This document shows, in pieces, positions 13,036-64,000 of a DNA stretch of 64,000 nt; within the stretch, counting starts at the first letter, position 1, and each line of letters opens with the position of its first letter. A model generated the notes under the pieces. That model saw nothing but the letters and a program-made list of their open reading frames with translations. It had not been told where the DNA came from and made no database searches. Origin of the DNA: Octopus vulgaris (lineage: Eukaryota). Where the stretch lies: the NCBI GenBank assembly GCA_951406725.2, contig OX597839.1:26722001-26786000 (forward strand). The letters are read 5' to 3'. Both the position numbers and the translations under genes were made by a program.

Positions 13036-13342
13036 CAGTGGGACTGAACCCGGAACCATGTGGTTGGTTAGCAAGCTACTTACCACACAGCCATATGGAA
13101 TTATTATCTAGAATATAATTACTGAAGAAGTGCTGGACTGTGTCCAGTTTATTTTTTTTATCCCATGTTATTATAATAACATGGGATAAAAAAAATAAGC
13201 TGGACAATAACATGGGATAAAAAAAATAAACTGGACACAGTCCAGCACTTCTTCAGTAATTATATTCTAGATAATAATTCCATATGGCTGTGTGGTAAGT
13301 AGCTTGCTAACCAACCACATGGTTCTGGGTTCAGTCCCACTG
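13036..13342. repeat. Fold-back inverted repeat, arms about 138 bp, including a SINE head
   Basis: Centre TTATTATAATAA at about 13168-13179; the right arm carries a tandem duplication of about 35 bp. Confidence 0.93.
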
Positions 13343-13685
13343 CGTGGCATCTTGGGCAAGTGTCTTCTGCTATAGCCCCGGGCCGACCAATGCCTTGTGA
13401 GTGGATTTGGTAGACGGAAACTGAAAGAAGCCTGTCGTATATATGTATATATATATGCGTGTGTGTATATGTTTGTGTGTCTGTGTTTGTCCCCCTAGCA
13501 TTGCTTGACAACCAATGCTGGTGTGTTTACGTCCTCATCACTTAGCGGTTCGGCAAAAAGAGACCGATAGAATAAGTACTGGGCTTCCAAAGAATAAGTC
13601 CCGGGGTCGAGTTGCTCGACTAAAGGCGGTGCTCCAGCATGGCCGCAGTCAAATGACTGAAACAAGTAAAAGAGTAAAAGAGTAT
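13284..13685 (+). mobile_element. tRNA-derived SINE family A, near full-length copy
   Basis: A box TGGCTGTGTGG, B box GGTTCAGTCCC, body with internal (TA/TG)n, tail GGTGCTCCAGCATGGCCGCAGTCAAATGACTGAAAC(AAGTAAAAG)n; more than 12 copies or fragments in window. Confidence 0.85.
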
Positions 13686-13950
13686 ATCAAAGAGAATTTT
13701 CCTCAACGATGTTGGTGATTAAACCAGTGTGTGTGTGTGTGTAATAACAATGAACCTCCCAACCTTAGAGGCTTACTGTGTCCTTCACCGACATTTTACT
13801 TGCTTCACCATCACCATCACCATCATCAATGCTGTTGAAGTTTGTGTCATCATCATCAGCATCATCACCATTATCAATACTGTCGTCATCATTGTTGTTA
13901 TCAACATCATCACCATAATCATTGACCATCATGATTGTCATCACCACCAC

Positions 13951-13991
<41 letters not shown>

Positions 13992-14390
13992 CCACCACCA
14001 CCACCATCGTCGTCCCCCCCCACCATCATCATCAGCATCATCATTGTCATCATCACCACCGACACCCCCATCACCACCCTTTCACCGCCACCACCACCAC
14101 CAACACTGCCACCATCACCACCAACACTGCCACCATGACCACCACCACCATGACCACCACCACCATCATCATCATCAGCACCCCCCCCACCATCATTATC
14201 AACATCATCATTGTCATCATCAACACCACCACCACCACACCATCACCACAACCACCACCACCACCATAACCACCAACATCCCCACCACCACCACCGCCGC
14301 CGCCCCACCACCGCCGCCGCCGCCGCCACCACCGCCGCCGCCGCCACCACCGCCGCCGCCGCCGCCACCGCCGCCACCACCACCACCGCC

Positions 14391-14423
<33 letters not shown>

Positions 14424-15722
14424 ACCGCCGCCACCACCACCACCACCACAACCATCATCATCATCACGATGTTCGTGACATGACATATAAGAAGAGGTGA
14501 ACGATCTCAACTTGTTTCTGTATCAAAGAGTACAAGTGGATGCGAGAGTAGTGGTGGTGGTCGTGGTGGCGGTAGCCTACTGCTGCTATTACTACTACCA
14601 CCACTACCACCACCACCACCACCACTACTACTACTGCTACTACTACAACCATGATGTACAATGCGATACACAACAAGTGGCACTTGATCTGCTAGAAATA
14701 GCAACCAAATTGCTACCAAGTCACAGCCTGGCCACTTAAAACAGGAAGGACGCACAAGATGATGTAATCCTCTTCACCAGTGTGGCTGTCAGTAATCTGT
14801 CACCATCACTCACCACCACCACCACCACCACCACCACAACCCCCATCAGCATCATCATTATCAGCATCTTCGTTGTTATCATTATCAGCATCACCATCAT
14901 TATCAGCATTATCATTTCCATCACCACCACTACCACCACCACCACCACCACCATCACCATCATCATAACCATCATCATTATCAGCATCATCATCACCATC
15001 CTCATCAGCACCACCACTGCCGTCACCATCAACACCATCGTCATTACTATTACCACTACCACCACCACCACCACCACCACCACCACCACCACCATCGTAA
15101 TTACCACCCCCTGCTGTAGGTGTTGCATCACTTGGTGTTTGTTAATTGGGAAGGTGTTGTTATTGATGACTGCAGCTGGTGGTGGTGACGTTGGTGGTGG
15201 TGGTGGTGGTGGTGGTGGTGCCGCCGGGATGTGCCACTGCAGTCGTTAAATTGCATTGGCATCAGCTGTCTGGCAGTGAATGATGGTCACTCAGGTAAAA
15301 CATGGAAACCTCAGGTGCAGCACTGTCATCTTCATCATCATCAGCATCATCATCAGCAGCAGCAGCAACATCAGCAGCAATAACAACAACAACAACTAAC
15401 CAACAGGTGTAGATTTGTAGTCGCACAACCTGTTTACTAAAAAAAGTACCCAAATCTTCTTTTCAGTTTCCGTCTACCAAATCCACTCACAAGGCTTTGG
15501 TCGGCCCTAGGCTATAGTAGAAGACACTTGGCCAAGATGCCACGCAGTGGGACTGAACCCGGAACCTGTATATATATATATCTGTTTCTTAAAACAAAGA
15601 GAAAAGAAAGACATTTGAAACGAAGGGCAATGACTCTCCTTTCCAGAAAGTTCTCCAAGACAAGAAAACTCTGATGTTTGGAGCATTTGAATGAACTTGC
15701 CTTTAGTTCTGCATCAAAATAT

Positions 15723-15762
<40 letters not shown>

Positions 15763-17339
15763 ATTGTGTCCTTTGTGTGTTTGTGTGTCTGTGTTTGTCC
15801 CTCCAACATCACTTGATAACCATGTCCCCCGTAACTTAGCGGTTCAGCAAAAAGGGACTGACAGAATAAGTACTAGGCTTACAAAGAAATAAGTCCTGGA
15901 GTTGATTTGTTTGACTAAAGGCGGTGCTCCAGCATGGCTGCAGTCAAATGACTGAAACAAAAGAAAAAAATGAAATATGTATTTGTATTAGTTGTTTGTT
16001 TTTGTTGTTTAGCACCAAGTGTGTCCTGGCTGGGCAGGTTTATAATATCAGACATTCCATTTGTGACCACCTTGTCGTTTTTCTGTTTTCTTGTTTTGAA
16101 TGCAGTGTACACCAGACTACATTATACTGTGTAATTCTTTGCTTGTTTTGGTGTGATGAAGTATGAGGTGAGGAAGAATAGGTTGCTATTTCTAGCCAGT
16201 TGACCGAGCTATTTTGAAGGTGTGATTGGCTTGTGTTGTCTGTTGTTGTTGTAGTGTCCTTGTGAGAGAGAGAGACAGAGACAGAGACAGAGAAGTAAAA
16301 GAGAGAAAGGCAAGATGAGAGAGTGGGAGAGGCTGGAGAGATAGAGAGGCAGGAGAGAGAGAGTGGGAGAGGCTGGAGAGAGAGAGAGAGAAGGAGAGGC
16401 TGGAGAGATAGAGAGGCAGGAGAGAGAGAGAGTGAGAGAGGCAGGAGAAAGAGACAGAGAGAAGTAAAACAGAGTGAGAAAGGCAGGATGAGAGAGAGAG
16501 AGAGAGGCTGGAGTGAGAGAGCGAAAAGCAAGAGTAAAAGAGAGTGAGAGAGGCAGGAGTGAGAGAGAGAGAGGGTGAGAAAGAAAAGTAGAAGTAAAAG
16601 AGAGGGAAGAGAGAGAGAGGCAAGAAAGATAGCAAGAGAGAGAAAAGCAGGAGTGGTAGAGAGAGTGAGAGAGGCAGGAGAGAGGGAGAGAAAGAGAGAG
16701 AGAATTAGATGTGTGTATGTGTGTCTCTCTTTCTATATGTATGTATATATATATGTAAGTATGTATGTATATGTATGTATATATAAGTATGTATGTATAT
16801 GTATATATGTATATATGTATGTATGTATATGTATGTATATATAAGTATGTATGTATATGTATGTATATATAAGTATGTATGTATATGTATATATATATAT
16901 GTATATGTATGTATATATATGTAAGTACGTATGTATATGTATGTATATATATGTAAGTATGTATGTATATGTATGTATATATATATGTAAGTATGTATGT
17001 ATATATATGTATATATATGTAAGTATGTATTTATATGTATGTATATGTATGTATATATATGTAAGTATGTATGTATATGTATGTATATATATATGTAAGT
17101 ATGTATGTATATATATGTATATATATGTAAGTATGTATTTATATGTATGTATATATATGTAAGTATGTATGTATATGTATGTATATATATATGTAAGTAT
17201 GTATGTATATATATGTATGTATATGTATGTATATGTATGTATATATATGTATATATATGTAAGTATGTATTTATATGTATGTATATGTATATATATATAT
17301 GTAAGTATGTATGTATATGTATGTATATATATATGTAAG

Positions 17340-17370
<31 letters not shown>

Positions 17371-17411
17371 GTCACCGTGTCTCTTCATTGTATTTTTTTT
17401 TACAATTGCAG

Positions 17412-63232
<45,821 letters not shown>

Positions 63233-64000
63233 TTCCAGGGGAGACTTCTTGCTTCCGTTCTTTAATTCTTAAAACCTGAAGCTTTGGAATTCTCCGCCAC
63301 TTGCATGATGACTCAAAGAGAAGAGAGGATTTTGGTCGACTATGAACAACCGGATAATCATGGTGGACACCAGCAGAATTATTTGTTTTTATTGTTGAAT
63401 GTATTGGAGTGGTGTGTGTGTGTGTACGTGTGTGAATATGTTTGTGTCTATATATGTATTTGTGTATGTATATGTGTGTTAGTATATGTGTACATATGTG
63501 TGTGTGTGTGTGTGTGTTTGTATGTGTGTGTACATGTGTGAATATGTTTGTGTCTATATAGGTATTTGTGTATGTATATGTGTGTTAGTATATGTGTGTT
63601 AGTATATGTGTACATATGTGTGTGTACGTGTGTGAATACGTTTGTGTCTATATATGTATCTGTGTATGTATATGTGTGTTAGTATATGTGTACATATGTG
63701 TTTGTGTGTGTGTGTGTGTGCATATATACACTCACACATATATACATAATATAATATATATATGTGTATATATGTATGTGTGTATGTATGTGTGTTGTGG
63801 CTGTGTGGTAAGAAGTTGGCTTCCGAACCACATGGTTCTGGGTTCAGTTCCACTGCCTGGCACCTTGGACAAGTGTCTTCTACTAATAACCCGAGGCCAA
63901 CCCAAGCCTTTTGTGGGAATTCGGTACACGGAAACTGAAAGAAGCCCATCCTATATATGTATGTGTATGTTGCATGTATGTGTGTGTGTGTGTGTGTGTG

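Noticed and set aside
13729-15249. His/Pro/Thr/Gly-rich ORFs (also 2149-2494, 27052-28825, 52966-53691)
   Set aside because: Trinucleotide repeats open in several frames on both strands; no splice or homology support
1-17411. Search for MKS1 N-terminal exons (RDPV.NL, WQEK.FS, RIFTY, M.IMADL motifs)
   Set aside because: None found by eye; presumed to lie left of the window, though a divergent small exon could have been missed

Overview
Repeat-saturated animal genomic DNA, most likely a coleoid cephalopod such as Octopus (inferred from the microsatellite load and the SINE/LINE families; not proven). Almost all long ORFs in the supplied track are microsatellite artefacts. The real gene is the 3' part of MKS1 (ciliary transition-zone B9-domain protein) on the + strand. 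It has 14 small exons between 17412 and 63232 (1042 nt, 346 codons plus stop), each with canonical AG/GT sites and every intron phase consistent. Its N-terminal exons were not found in the window. The introns hold a decayed CR1/L2-group LINE, an RTE 3' fragment, a Penelope-like GIY-YIG fragment, a DD37D (maT) transposase relic, several SINE families, a probable Helitron-type element and many mini/microsatellites. The most notable observations are: (1) several hammerhead ribozyme motifs, including a complete one with a U4C core and long stem II just downstream of the Penelope-like endonuclease, and a divergent pair at the centre of a palindrome; (2) a candidate antisense gene nested in the upstream MKS1 intron; (3) a MEF2/E-box/Inr promoter-like first exon inside an MKS1 intron; (4) a 3' stem-loop shared by a SINE and a LINE with compensatory changes; (5) several long fold-back palindromes.
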